The notes below the pieces were generated by a model. That model was not told where the DNA came from. It saw only the letters and a list, made by a program, of their open reading frames with translations, and did no database searches. Position numbers and translations under genes: made by a program. DNA of 64,000 nucleotides, taken from positions 4,645 to 68,644 of IMG/VR virus record IMGVR_UViG_3300037628_000326; one strand, given 5' to 3'. Below, one piece after another: positions 23,700-33,682 of the stretch (its first letter is position 1; each line of letters starts with the position of its first letter). This DNA comes from a virus.

Positions 23700-26341
23700 C
23701 AGTTACCGCGCCTCCCCTTCCGCTTGAATTGTGCTCGCCAGGTACCCATGCGCCAGTCGTCACCAAGCGCATCCGATTCAATCCGGAACGAGATCTGCCG
23801 GCCCTTGATTCGTGGATTCACAAAAGGTGTGGTCGGTGCGATCGTGAACGGTCCCTTGTTGACCACCTCCACACCGCCGCTCGACGGGTAGGCCTTGGCT
23901 GTCAGCGACAAGTCTACCGAACCAACGAGCCGCTTGAAATCTGGAATCATCTTCCGTATGAGCGCGTGATAGGTCCCCTCGTCGACATCCATGTCGTAGC
24001 TGTCGATGAACGACAGCATTGGCGTGACATTGTTCTCCGGATCCGTCTCGTCGACGCCGGTCTCGTGGATAAAAATCTTGCCGTCAAAGGTGCCGTACGG
24101 CTTCTGATTAAACAATGCCGAGCTATCGTGGAAAGCGCTGCGCTCAATCGTGCCGAAATCCCAGACCTTGTCGTAGTAATTGTATTTGACGTAGCGATCA
24201 TTGGCCTGCGAACCCTCGGCTGAATAGACCCACCAGACCTCCGTGAACAGCTTGTTCACCGATGCGTAGGACTTCCGCCCCTGGTCCAAGTTGATGTCGT
24301 CGAAGACCGTGTTGCGGACCTCGCACTCCATGACCCGGAGGACGCCGTCGTACATCAGGAAATCGTCCTCGCCCATGAACATCATGATGCCGTTCACATC
24401 GATCGCAGCGTTTGGCCCGATGACGGTGACTGACTGTCCCAAGTGCCGCAGGGCGAACACAAACTCGCCCGAGATGAACTGCATTGCATGCAGTGACTGG
24501 TCGGTCATAGTCAGGATATCGCCACGAGATTCGATTGCGGTAATGATCTCAGACCCCACATCAAGCCGGAGATCGCCGGCCGTGTTCGTGGACAACGGAG
24601 TCCAGTCGGTGAAATCTTCCGAGCTTGCCCACCTGATCAGCAAGGGGTCTGGGTCTCCGGGCGCTGCAGCCGACCCAGTGCCAGCGCCGAATGCAATCAC
24701 ATGTCTGGCTGTCGGCGAGATCAGCATACGCTCGATGGTGTTCGGTGCCTCAGGAACCAGCACCGCCCTGACGTTTGGGCCACTGGTGCGATCCCAGTGA
24801 TACAGCGATCGGCCATTCGGCGATGCGAGCAGGTCCTCACCAAAATTATCCAGCGACCAGGTTCTCAGATTGCCGATGATGCCGGCGCCAGCTACAAAAC
24901 TGCCAACGCCATAGGCGCCCAAGCCATAGGCGCCGGTACCGTAGCCCAGCAGTATCTGGGTGTCTTGCAAGCCGACCTGAATCTCATACGCAAAGTCGAC
25001 AGTCCCGCCGCCGTTAGCGGTCGAGGTCGGCGGTACCGGAGAGCGGATGATGTACATGTCGTTATCGACGATGAACTCAACCCGGAACTCGTCATTGAGA
25101 TCCAGACCACCAACGATGTCGGCGTTCTCGAAATGCACAAAGTTGCCAACCGCAAGGCCGTGGGCCGCGTCTGTGACCTGCACAAAGGTCGGGTCATCTC
25201 CGCCATCCGGGTCGAACGCCCCGGTGATGTCAGTATCGAATGGATCGATCAGGGTACCTTCTTGAGCGAACGGCGTGATGTCGAACAATAGGCTGTTGTT
25301 GACGATGTAAAGCTTCAGGTTGGTGCCGATGGCCAGCCACTTTTGGCTGTCCAGGCTGGACCAATCCCACAGCGCCCTGGACACCCCGAGGTAGCAGGTC
25401 TGCACTATATTCTCGGCCGGCAGAATCACCAGGCCATCAGGGAATGCTGCTGGCGCGCCGATGGCAAAGTCCGTGACCGGCAGGATGTCGAGCGAGGTGA
25501 CGCTGCTCTGATCGCCGTCAGCGCCAGTCAACTGGAATGGCCGGATATCGATATCAAGACCGTCGGCATCTTCAGGCAGCGACTGGGTGAGCATGACCTC
25601 GGTAGCAGCCGCAATGTCGAGATTCAAAAACCGCACGATGTAGCTCTGGGTATCGCTCCTGATGAAAGACTCATCGGCATAAAAGAACACGTTCGGCGTG
25701 CCGGCCTGGATGTCATCGATCAGGGGATCGGTCAGCGTGAACACAGTCGCACCGGTTGAATGGTTGGCGGCCAGCGAGTTGATCTGCTCCCCGGAGTCTG
25801 TCAGCAACCGAACGACCGTTCCTTCGCGCAGGTACTTTGTCACCGCAACCGAGACAACGATGGTCTCCGAGTCTTTGACTCCGCCGCTGTTGACGTTGGC
25901 GCCGCCGCCAAACTCCTCCGGGTAACTGATGATAAACGCATCGCCGGCTGTGGCCGTGACCGGAGAGTCCAGGTCGAACACGAACTCATCCTGGAGTGCG
26001 GTCGGATCATCGATGGTACGGCCGCCGAGACCGCCGACCAGGGAATCATCGAACAGCCAGACCGGATCCAGATCGAGAACGGTCACCGCACTATCGAGGA
26101 CGATCGCCGCTGCCCCAGCCGAGTAGCCGGCGTTCGCGCTGCGCTGCTGGCTTAGCTCCTCACTGATGCCGTCGACCTCGGTACCCAGCGAATTAAGCAC
26201 CCAGCCGCCGAGCTTCTCCGGCAAGCGCTTCCTGAACCTGATCTTGTCGCCATCCTTGAACCGACCTTTCGCGCCACGGTCTGTCTCCTCGGTCATGATG
26301 CCAGGGAGAAAATCGAGCGGAATGTCGGGCAGTCGGCTCAC
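23699..26341 (-). CDS. Tail nozzle / packaged-DNA stabilisation protein (P22 gp10-like) with inserted domains
   Basis: PGI...DKIRFR..LPEKLGGW N-terminus; WSLDNFGEDL, IRWASSED, EVWWVY, PRIKGRQISFRIES...WRMG C-terminus. Confidence 0.75.
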   Translation of the reverse strand: MSRLPDIPLDFLPGIMTEETDRGAKGRFKDGDKIRFRKRLPEKLGGWVLNSLGTEVDGISEELSQQRSANAGYSAGAAAIVLDSAVTVLDLDPVWLFDDSLVGGLGGRTIDDPTALQDEFVFDLDSPVTATAGDAFIISYPEEFGGGANVNSGGVKDSETIVVSVAVTKYLREGTVVRLLTDSGEQINSLAANHSTGATVFTLTDPLIDDIQAGTPNVFFYADESFIRSDTQSYIVRFLNLDIAAATEVMLTQSLPEDADGLDIDIRPFQLTGADGDQSSVTSLDILPVTDFAIGAPAAFPDGLVILPAENIVQTCYLGVSRALWDWSSLDSQKWLAIGTNLKLYIVNNSLLFDITPFAQEGTLIDPFDTDITGAFDPDGGDDPTFVQVTDAAHGLAVGNFVHFENADIVGGLDLNDEFRVEFIVDNDMYIIRSPVPPTSTANGGGTVDFAYEIQVGLQDTQILLGYGTGAYGLGAYGVGSFVAGAGIIGNLRTWSLDNFGEDLLASPNGRSLYHWDRTSGPNVRAVLVPEAPNTIERMLISPTARHVIAFGAGTGSAAAPGDPDPLLIRWASSEDFTDWTPLSTNTAGDLRLDVGSEIITAIESRGDILTMTDQSLHAMQFISGEFVFALRHLGQSVTVIGPNAAIDVNGIMMFMGEDDFLMYDGVLRVMECEVRNTVFDDINLDQGRKSYASVNKLFTEVWWVYSAEGSQANDRYVKYNYYDKVWDFGTIERSAFHDSSALFNQKPYGTFDGKIFIHETGVDETDPENNVTPMLSFIDSYDMDVDEGTYHALIRKMIPDFKRLVGSVDLSLTAKAYPSSGGVEVVNKGPFTIAPTTPFVNPRIKGRQISFRIESDALGDDWRMGTWRAQFKRKGRRGN

Positions 26342-26727
26342 GGATTATCGATCTTATTGTGAATCGCAGCGGCCACCGCAGCAGGTTGTAGATCTGGAAG
26401 CGCGTGCAGCGCCCGAAGAGTATTGATCTCATCGGTCACCCAGGCCACCACTGCCTGCAACTCAGCATTAGCGTCGAATTTGTTCTTTTTGACTGTGTCC
26501 TTCCTGCCTTTCTCGAAGTCTGCAAACGCCTGATCAATGCCGGCCTGGCCAGCGGTGTATGCAACCAACTGGCCATCAAGCTGGCCCTGGTTGCCAGGTG
26601 GAACTGGTATTTGATATAGCCGAGTGGCCGGATCAAAATAATGGATCTTGTCCTGGTTATTCGCGAAATTGTTGAAAGCTTCCAGGTTAGCACCCGGTGG
26701 AAGGGTCACTTCAGCCATGACTGTCAT
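26338..26727 (-). CDS. Hypothetical protein (possible tail-fibre chaperone)
   Basis: Directly follows the fibre gene with ATGA coupling. Confidence 0.5.
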   Translation of the reverse strand: MTVMAEVTLPPGANLEAFNNFANNQDKIHYFDPATRLYQIPVPPGNQGQLDGQLVAYTAGQAGIDQAFADFEKGRKDTVKKNKFDANAELQAVVAWVTDEINTLRALHALPDLQPAAVAAAIHNKIDNP

Positions 26728-28004
26728 TCGACTATCTCCATCTCAAAGAAGGCACCGTTCGCTTGTGTCGTCTGGATGCCGGCCTGCGTCAATATGTAGC
26801 ATTCAAAATAATCGGTACCGTTGCCGGTTGTATTGATGATTCCAGTCTGCGCCGTAACCCAACCGTGATCACTTCCAGTTCCGGACTGATTGTCGTGACT
26901 AAAAAGCGGAATCCAACTCGCTTGACCAGGATCGATTGTTCCCGCAGTGGCGCCATTCAGCCTGATCAGAGCATGCTTCACACCAACACTGCTGCCGCCT
27001 TGCCCCAACTGCGGATTGAAGGCAACACGAATTTTAATTTTCGTGACGCCTGACGGGACAACGAAGCGGCTGTTCAGCGTCGAAATGTCATGGATGCTAT
27101 CGGTATCGAAAACCTCCGCATTGTAGGCGACCGCTGCCGCTGCATTCGTTGGTCCGGTGAATGTGGCGTTCGGCGCATCATCTCTTGCCCAAAGAATAGA
27201 TCCGGTCTGGTACGCCTTACATCCTCGATACGCAGGCTGGCTGGGCGTCGTGGTCGCCAATTTCAGCGGCGTCACAAACTTGGTGTCGTTAGTTCCAGCA
27301 TCCACCTCAGTCTGATCGGCAATAGCTGAAAGACCTGTCAGAGATTCAGTTGCGGCACGACCCTCGAGCTTCAGCGGACTAACGATCTTGTCGTCAAGTG
27401 AACCATCGTCAGTCTCCGCTTGTGTCGCGATCTCAGCGACACCCGCTATGTCCTCTGTCGCCTGGTTCACAGCCGGGAACGCCGTCAGCTTCAGCGGAGT
27501 CACGAAGCGCTCGTCATCCGTGCCGGCATCTACCTCGGCCTGGGTGGCGATCTCAGCAACACCTTGCACTTCCTCGGTGGCCTGGGGGACATCGCCGATA
27601 CTGAAAACGTCATCGGCAACCGGGTCCACAACTACCGCCACCCGTGTCGCAGGCCTTACGATCACGCCCGCATTGGCGACGGTTTTGATCGTCATGTCAA
27701 AGCCAGGACTGCTCTCGTTCGATACGATGTAGAGCTTCGAGGTACTCGGCACGATGATCTCTTTGTCTTCGCCAGGGTTACCGGTGAGAGCAATGATCGC
27801 GTTCCTTGACTGATCAACATCACCGTTCTGTGAGAGAAGCGTTACCGGATTTGTGGCCGGCGTGACATCGAGGTCCAGGCGAGCAGCGATCGCATCCTCA
27901 AGCAGGTCGATGGCGCTTGCGTTGTTGATGTCGCCCCAGATATTCTGGTTGCCGCCAGTCTCCTGAAGGACGAGCCGTAGTAATGATGTGAATGTGTCAG
28001 CCAT
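26724..28004 (-). CDS. Tail fibre protein
   Basis: Conserved N-terminus (T..LRL.LQ.TG...WG...N); three ATE..G..EIATQAE...G.DD...VTPLKL repeats; C1q-like C-terminal head. Confidence 0.8.
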   Translation of the reverse strand: MADTFTSLLRLVLQETGGNQNIWGDINNASAIDLLEDAIAARLDLDVTPATNPVTLLSQNGDVDQSRNAIIALTGNPGEDKEIIVPSTSKLYIVSNESSPGFDMTIKTVANAGVIVRPATRVAVVVDPVADDVFSIGDVPQATEEVQGVAEIATQAEVDAGTDDERFVTPLKLTAFPAVNQATEDIAGVAEIATQAETDDGSLDDKIVSPLKLEGRAATESLTGLSAIADQTEVDAGTNDTKFVTPLKLATTTPSQPAYRGCKAYQTGSILWARDDAPNATFTGPTNAAAAVAYNAEVFDTDSIHDISTLNSRFVVPSGVTKIKIRVAFNPQLGQGGSSVGVKHALIRLNGATAGTIDPGQASWIPLFSHDNQSGTGSDHGWVTAQTGIINTTGNGTDYFECYILTQAGIQTTQANGAFFEMEIVE

Positions 28005-28480
28005 TAGCCTGATGTCCTTATGATTGCGAGGGTCGGATCAGTCGGGTCCGGAAAGCGCACAGTAAATGTCCCGTTGTTGATGGCGCGGGGCGTTCTAAAA
28101 CTGATGACCCACATGACCTTATTCTGCTGTGGTCCTGCTGTAGTGTTATAGATGACGGCGCCCAGCGCTGCCTCAGGATTTGATGGGCCTATTCCCCAGG
28201 TCGCTCCTGGCCCGAAGACCAAGTCAGCGAAATCGATCGATGGCCGCTCCGGTTCACCCGGAGTGTAGATAATTGTCTGCGTCAGTTGCTCGCCGCCGGC
28301 TGTGTACCCGTTGCCGACAAGCTCGTCAGTGATCGATGCCTGGTCATCGACGGTTACCGGATCGATATCCGCCAGCGTCGTGTACATGGCAAAAAACAGC
28401 ACATCGTTCCTGACATCATGGATGCCCTCGATGCACTGATCGTTGAGGAACTGGAAGGCTGTGCCGGTTTTAATACTCAT
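28004..28480 (-). CDS. Conserved virion structural protein
   Basis: AMYT...ELVGNGYTAGG..L...DFAD...GAVIYN...NGTFTVRFP motif set. Confidence 0.7.
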   Translation of the reverse strand: MSIKTGTAFQFLNDQCIEGIHDVRNDVLFFAMYTTLADIDPVTVDDQASITDELVGNGYTAGGEQLTQTIIYTPGEPERPSIDFADLVFGPGATWGIGPSNPEAALGAVIYNTTAGPQQNKVMWVISFRTPRAINNGTFTVRFPDPTDPTLAIIRTSG

Positions 28481-29856
28481 CAGACCAGACTCGTCGTTTT
28501 AGCTGAGGATTTGACTGGACTATAATCGCCGCGCCACTGTCGTCGGAGCTCGAGCTTTCTCGCCGGCATCACTTCAGTGTAGCTCTGCCGCCATGCCTCA
28601 AGGTCTGCGGGATCGGAGATCAGGAACTCGTCAGAGGCGATCAGGCAAGCGTACAAGAGCAGATCGCCGGCATTGTCACCAAGCCATGTGTTCTGGTTAC
28701 CCGGCGCCAGGGCGTCAGGTGTTTGTATCTGACGCAGTTCGAAGCCATACGCGAGGTCCGGTGGCGGCACCACGAAGAACTCGGTCTCGGTAAACTCAGC
28801 GTAGTATTTCGGTTCGGCCGTCGCGGTCTCATCAGGTTCGAAGTCAAGACACCACTCGTAGGTCCTGCGCTCAAGGTAGCGTCTCAGTCCAGCTGAGCCA
28901 GATGTTGGAAATGCCTGAGTCGGAGCCGTGAAATTGGCTGTCGTGTATCGAGCCGTGCCGACCGTAACGCGAACTTCATCGATAATCGCATCTGCATCTG
29001 AGGTGTTTGGACTCGCGCCACTGTTATTTCTTGAGCCGATGTTGATCGCCACCGCTCCGGTGCCTCCGATCGTTATTCCCGTTACATCAAATGTGGCACC
29101 AGATTTCACGCCATCTACATGCGCGAACAGATCGTTGCCTAGCCGCGTGATGGCAATGTGCTGAAAAGTGCTGTTCGGACCCAACGAGCCAAAGGTCCTG
29201 AAGACATTAAAACCGCCGCCTGCAGTTGAATAATTAAACGTCAAAGAGCCGTTTGCACTTTCCACTTGCCAGTTCGTGGTCCCGGTACCCCCATCACCGT
29301 GATTGATGTAACCATGGCCGCCAACCTGGTCAAATGTGTTGATCTCCATCTCAATCGTGAAATCGCCTGCGAGTACCGGAAAGGCTGCATTGTGAGGAAT
29401 TTCGAGAAAGTCCAAAGGATCACCAGTATCGGCATCGAGCGCCGCTGTGCCGAATTTTTTGATTAGAGTCTTTAAGTCGATGGCTCCCTGGAAATTCACT
29501 GTGTTATTGAGTATCGAGTCATCGACCGCAACCGTGGCGCCATTCACACCATCCATGCTCAGCAACAGCACTACGTCGGCAAAGTCAGCATCAGCACTAG
29601 CGTTAGGATCTCGGAGATGCAGCGACCTGGTTCCCTGCCAGTCCGATGGCTTGATCGCTTGCTCGTACTGATCCGCTGTCAAAGAGCCTGTGACCACCCG
29701 GTCGAAGATTTCAAAGTTCAGATCAGTTGCCAGGCGACTCTCGCCCATGGAAACGATCGTACTCTGATTGTCGATGAACTCCTCACTGCTCTCCTCGAGC
29801 CAGGCACTGAGGGCCGCGATCAGGTCGTCGTAACTAAATGATGTCGATGAAGGCAT
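28480..29856 (-). CDS. Head-tail adaptor (P22 gp4-like) with internal LamG/ConA domain insertion
   Basis: Adaptor halves (YDDL...GESRL...PSDW / PKYYA...VPPPD..Y...TWL...DLLLYACL) interrupted by VVLLLSMDG...DFTIE...HIAITR...IDEVRVT...ARYT.NFT.P. Confidence 0.75.
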   Translation of the reverse strand: MPSSTSFSYDDLIAALSAWLEESSEEFIDNQSTIVSMGESRLATDLNFEIFDRVVTGSLTADQYEQAIKPSDWQGTRSLHLRDPNASADADFADVVLLLSMDGVNGATVAVDDSILNNTVNFQGAIDLKTLIKKFGTAALDADTGDPLDFLEIPHNAAFPVLAGDFTIEMEINTFDQVGGHGYINHGDGGTGTTNWQVESANGSLTFNYSTAGGGFNVFRTFGSLGPNSTFQHIAITRLGNDLFAHVDGVKSGATFDVTGITIGGTGAVAINIGSRNNSGASPNTSDADAIIDEVRVTVGTARYTTANFTAPTQAFPTSGSAGLRRYLERRTYEWCLDFEPDETATAEPKYYAEFTETEFFVVPPPDLAYGFELRQIQTPDALAPGNQNTWLGDNAGDLLLYACLIASDEFLISDPADLEAWRQSYTEVMPARKLELRRQWRGDYSPVKSSAKTTSLV

Positions 29857-29868
29857 ATTAAATTCTCA

Positions 29869-31029
29869 TTAGGGCGCGTCGTACAGATCGTACCGCCACG
29901 CCGAGCCATTACTAGCGCCGCCAGTCGGCCATGTGAGGTACAGCTTGAAGCCGCCCGATGGGTTTGCCCATACGAACAGCGAAAGTAAGGCTTGGCTTAA
30001 TGGAGTGACCGTAATTCGTTTGCCACTGTAGACAGCAGTGTTCACATCGTATGCCGTGCTTAAATCGTACTGAGCAACACGAAGCGTGCCGCCATCGTCA
30101 CCTAGTACAAAGAGCTTGCTTCCATCAGGCGTGTATATGATTCCAAGTAGTCGAGTTGCAAACTCGCTGCTCGCATCTAACGCTTGGCCTTGAGACGTAG
30201 CAGTGCCCGCATCTCCCGCCACGCTCATCTGATAATGGTAAATCGCACGGTCGCCAGGGTCGATAGACTGTACGAATAGATTCAAATCGTCGGGTGTTAC
30301 GACGAAAGAAACGGGTGACGTAGGAGTGCCGATGGCTGCCTGTCCTGATACACCTGTCAAGACTTCCGGGTTCCCGCCAGCAACCTCGCCAAGTTCCGTA
30401 ACAGAGAACGGATCGGCCGACATAAAGAAGTCGCCTGTAGTACTGACCGTGCGTATCTTGTAAGCCTTACTGCGATCTTTATTTAGTGTAAGACCCCGCT
30501 GGAATTGGGTATTTGCACCCCATTGATGGGTGAGTTCAAATGACAACGACGCGAGATTACCCGGCGTTGACATGCTGTATTGCCATGTCTCCCACGATGT
30601 TGACCTGGAAAAGTAGACTCTGTCTCCGGCGATATTGAAAATCGGAGTCAGGTGGTTGTTGCCAGAAATCGTGAAAGGGATATCAGCGGTCGTGAGGGTG
30701 TAGGCGTCAATATCCGGGTCTGGGGCTGGTATATCATCCACCGCATCAATCGAAAGACACCTTATCGCGAACCCGGTGAACAGCGTGTCCTCTGGTCGAA
30801 ACCTAAGCGTTCCACCTGACAGATCGCGTTCCGGCGCCGGTCGCCACAGCGTCACCGGATCCTCGATCTCCGGCAATGATTCCTGCGGGTGCTTGCCTTC
30901 GTACCAGGCCGGATCCACCACCAAGCTCGGGTAATAGCCATCGGACGTCATGTCCTTCAGCAGCATTTTCCTGCCGGACCTGGCGCATTCGCCTACCGCA
31001 AATTTTCCCTTGGCGTATCGCTTCGGCAC
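29869..31029 (-). CDS. Virion protein: conserved N-terminal module plus beta-propeller
   Basis: YAKGKFAVGECARSG...KHPQ...RPAPE N-terminus; blades such as YTPDGSKLFVLG...QYDLSTAYDV. Confidence 0.65.
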   Translation of the reverse strand: MPKRYAKGKFAVGECARSGRKMLLKDMTSDGYYPSLVVDPAWYEGKHPQESLPEIEDPVTLWRPAPERDLSGGTLRFRPEDTLFTGFAIRCLSIDAVDDIPAPDPDIDAYTLTTADIPFTISGNNHLTPIFNIAGDRVYFSRSTSWETWQYSMSTPGNLASLSFELTHQWGANTQFQRGLTLNKDRSKAYKIRTVSTTGDFFMSADPFSVTELGEVAGGNPEVLTGVSGQAAIGTPTSPVSFVVTPDDLNLFVQSIDPGDRAIYHYQMSVAGDAGTATSQGQALDASSEFATRLLGIIYTPDGSKLFVLGDDGGTLRVAQYDLSTAYDVNTAVYSGKRITVTPLSQALLSLFVWANPSGGFKLYLTWPTGGASNGSAWRYDLYDAP

Positions 31030-31033
31030 GTAT

Positions 31034-31693
31034 TCACCTCAGCATCCGACGTCTGGATCCACCGCTACCTAAAGCTCGAGCCATGCCGCCTCTGCGGGCC
31101 GGCGGTCCCTGCCTGCCAGCAACCCGCTGCGCAACGGCTTGTCCTCGTGGCGGAGCAAGTGCCGCAGGTGCAGCCGCTCGCTGGCCCATGACCTGCCTTC
31201 TGGCGCCGGCTGTTGCCTCCTGCAATGCCGGCGTGCCGCCGCCCCGACTTGCGAAGCCGAACGTGCCGGCTGGCGGCCGTGGCTTGCCGGCAACCGCGCC
31301 AGCCGTGCCAGGACCTCGCCGACCTGCCGGGCCACCCATCACTCCACCTCTCGGCATCCTGCCACCAGGAACAGCAATCTGTGCCAGACCTCTTCGTGGC
31401 TTTCCACCGCCTGGAGTCATCACTGGGCCTCGAGGACCTCGGGTAGGACCAGAAGGACCACGCTGCAGCTTCGGACCAGGGTTGTATCGACCTCTGGCTT
31501 GCCCAGCCGCTTTGCCAACCCTGCTCAACATGCCGCCCCTTGTTGGACTGGGAGCGCCACCTGCCTTGTCCCTGGCTTGCTGAAACGCTCGGCCAACCAT
31601 GCCCGACCTGCCGCCCCCGGTTGGATTCCCACCTCCACGCCTCGCCATTGCAGAGTCGTGCATAAGATTCTTCATTGATCGTGACAGTGCCAT
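31034..31693 (-). CDS. Highly basic Gly/Arg/Pro-rich disordered protein
   Basis: MALSRSMK... TAATG-coupled to the upstream gene; about 219 aa with only about 3 acidic residues. Confidence 0.6.
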   Translation of the reverse strand: MALSRSMKNLMHDSAMARRGGGNPTGGGRSGMVGRAFQQARDKAGGAPSPTRGGMLSRVGKAAGQARGRYNPGPKLQRGPSGPTRGPRGPVMTPGGGKPRRGLAQIAVPGGRMPRGGVMGGPAGRRGPGTAGAVAGKPRPPAGTFGFASRGGGTPALQEATAGARRQVMGQRAAAPAALAPPRGQAVAQRVAGRQGPPARRGGMARALGSGGSRRRMLR

Positions 31694-32391
31694 TACGGTC
31701 TCCCGTGTAATCTTGAGTAGTTCGCGGACACGACAAGCGGCGCCGTATCTCTGTCCTCGTCGTGCGCTAGGGTCCACTCTTCCATGGCCAGACCCTTGAG
31801 CGCAGCAAACTTTTGCTCGTTGTATTTCAGTGCCACCCTGGACGCCAGTTCAGCCACGAAGGCCTCCTGGAATCTGAATGGAATATCGAGCGTGTTCTGT
31901 GCGTTGCCGACATCCTCCGCCTGCTTGTAAACATTCATGATGATGATGTCGGTGGTGTTCTCGCCGGCCAGCCAGAAGAACACCTGGACGTTGTTGACGC
32001 CGATATCGGTATCCCGACGCCGATCCACGAAGTATCTGTCCGGTCGCCCGATCAGGTTTTTGTCATGCAGGACCAGGTAGTCCTCTCTTGAGATCGGATA
32101 AATCTCGGTGTCAACGCCATTCCGGCGAACCACCGCAGACTGGACCTCGATCGTACCCACCGGCAAATCGAAGCTCACCTCACCGGGCGTAACCGTGTGC
32201 TCAATTTGTTCGAACGTCCACTGCCTGTGTCCGCGGTTCGACCAGGATGAAAGCGCGAAGCCGGCCGATCGCCTGATCGAAATGATGTGCTCGCCCGTGA
32301 TCTCCTGCAGGTTTATGCCGGCGCGCTCGACCGCCTCGTCGCAGATCACCGCGAGGTTCGGATCGAATAAAAATGAGCCTGTGGTTGCCAT
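31693..32391 (-). CDS. Head-completion / adaptor protein
   Basis: MATTG...EAVERAG...RRS...WSNRG...ISREDY...GRP..YF...LDIPFRF...LA. Confidence 0.7.
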   Translation of the reverse strand: MATTGSFLFDPNLAVICDEAVERAGINLQEITGEHIISIRRSAGFALSSWSNRGHRQWTFEQIEHTVTPGEVSFDLPVGTIEVQSAVVRRNGVDTEIYPISREDYLVLHDKNLIGRPDRYFVDRRRDTDIGVNNVQVFFWLAGENTTDIIIMNVYKQAEDVGNAQNTLDIPFRFQEAFVAELASRVALKYNEQKFAALKGLAMEEWTLAHDEDRDTAPLVVSANYSRLHGRP

Positions 32392-32393
32392 CG

Positions 32394-33095
32394 TTATAAC
32401 CTCAGGCCGCTTTCAGCGCCGGCCGGACTGTTGAGCGGCGTGCCATTGACCTGGCCTGGGCCAGAATCTTTTGTCGCTCCAGCCCCGGACGCTGTAACCC
32501 CAAAGCCAAACTCTCTGAGTTGCCACCTGTGCAGCAAGCCATGGACAATGGCATCGACTCCACGCAACGTCCACATGGTTTCGATCTCAGCGGCCGACAG
32601 GGCACGATCATAAAGTCGTACGTCGCCTACACGCGCATTGATCTCCTGCTCTGGGCTGGCAGTCCCATTGACAGCGGCAATGCTTGTCGCTTTCGCGCTG
32701 CTCACGACATTGCCTGTCTCCGCTCCCGTAGCATCCAGCGCTCCATCGATGTAGATTCTTTTGTTCGCACCATCGTAGGTCGCTGCCACGAATCGCCAGC
32801 GGAAAAGCTGCCCGATGCTGGTGTTGCCTGTCAAACGAACACCACCAGACCCAGTGTTTAATACGAACTCTATGTCTGCTGGCCCGGTGCCGTCATATCC
32901 TAATGACCATTCCTTACCGGCATCAGCGATAGTGTCACCCTTACAAACAATTGCCGTCCTATCAGGACCACGCTGGTTGAGAAAAATCCAGAAGGTGATC
33001 GACATCGCTCCACTAAATGCCGGACTCAACGTACCCAGATCAATCACCTCATCCTGTGCTGGAGGAGTGTTGACACCTGGAAAGTTGGTAGACAT
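32394..33095 (-). CDS. LamG/concanavalin A-like domain protein
   Basis: SITFWI...WRFVAATYDG...IYIDG...DVRLYDRALSAAEI. Confidence 0.85.
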   Translation of the reverse strand: MSTNFPGVNTPPAQDEVIDLGTLSPAFSGAMSITFWIFLNQRGPDRTAIVCKGDTIADAGKEWSLGYDGTGPADIEFVLNTGSGGVRLTGNTSIGQLFRWRFVAATYDGANKRIYIDGALDATGAETGNVVSSAKATSIAAVNGTASPEQEINARVGDVRLYDRALSAAEIETMWTLRGVDAIVHGLLHRWQLREFGFGVTASGAGATKDSGPGQVNGTPLNSPAGAESGLRL

Positions 33096-33679
33096 TAGCT
33101 GAATTCAATCGTGAGATTCAGCAATGCCCAGTCATCAACAAGCTCGGTACCGCCTGTAGGATTGATTCTGGTCAGTTCAAACTGCGTCAGTTCTCCTGCC
33201 GTGACCCCCAGTGTCGCCAGGGTGATGGTCTGCGAGTCCACCTGGAAAAGATTGTTATTCGGAATGTCGATGTCAGTGAGTTGCGTTCCAGCACTCCACG
33301 AATCGACGGCTAAATTGTCCCGAACTCCACGCTGATACAGATTGAGTCCAACAGTACGAGCGGCTGCCGGCGCTACCACCGCCCTGGACTGCAAGCCAAT
33401 TATCAGATTGGTTGCCCCGGAAGGAACTACCATCTCAAAACCGACACCCTCCTCAGTCGTATCATCGAACAGCCTTACGGTCAGGCCGGCGTTGATATTG
33501 TCGGCAGCGGCAGGCGCTAACGCATTGACAGCCCAGTCCGAATTGACCGGGTTATCCAACTGCAATGGACCGAATTGAAACAGCCCAGCAGTAAGTAGAG
33601 CAGCACTGATGGCATCATCGATCGCACTCTGAACAGCACCGCTGGTGAGTTCTTCAAGGCCTCCGCCACCGAGAGCCAT
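33095..33679 (-). CDS. Hypothetical virion protein
   Basis: Beta-rich 194-aa ORF (FDDTTEE...R...D..L) in the head module. Confidence 0.6.
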   Translation of the reverse strand: MALGGGGLEELTSGAVQSAIDDAISAALLTAGLFQFGPLQLDNPVNSDWAVNALAPAAADNINAGLTVRLFDDTTEEGVGFEMVVPSGATNLIIGLQSRAVVAPAAARTVGLNLYQRGVRDNLAVDSWSAGTQLTDIDIPNNNLFQVDSQTITLATLGVTAGELTQFELTRINPTGGTELVDDWALLNLTIEFS

Positions 33680-33682
33680 GAC

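Noticed and set aside
26724-28004. Internal repeats in the tail fibre as a possible invertible or diversifying cassette
   Set aside because: Ordinary degenerate fibre-shaft repeats; no invertase or template repeat seen.
31065-31736. Alternative 223-aa minus-strand frame overlapping the RGG-rich protein
   Set aside because: Lacks coupling to neighbours and reads like a frame shadow of GC-rich low-complexity sequence.
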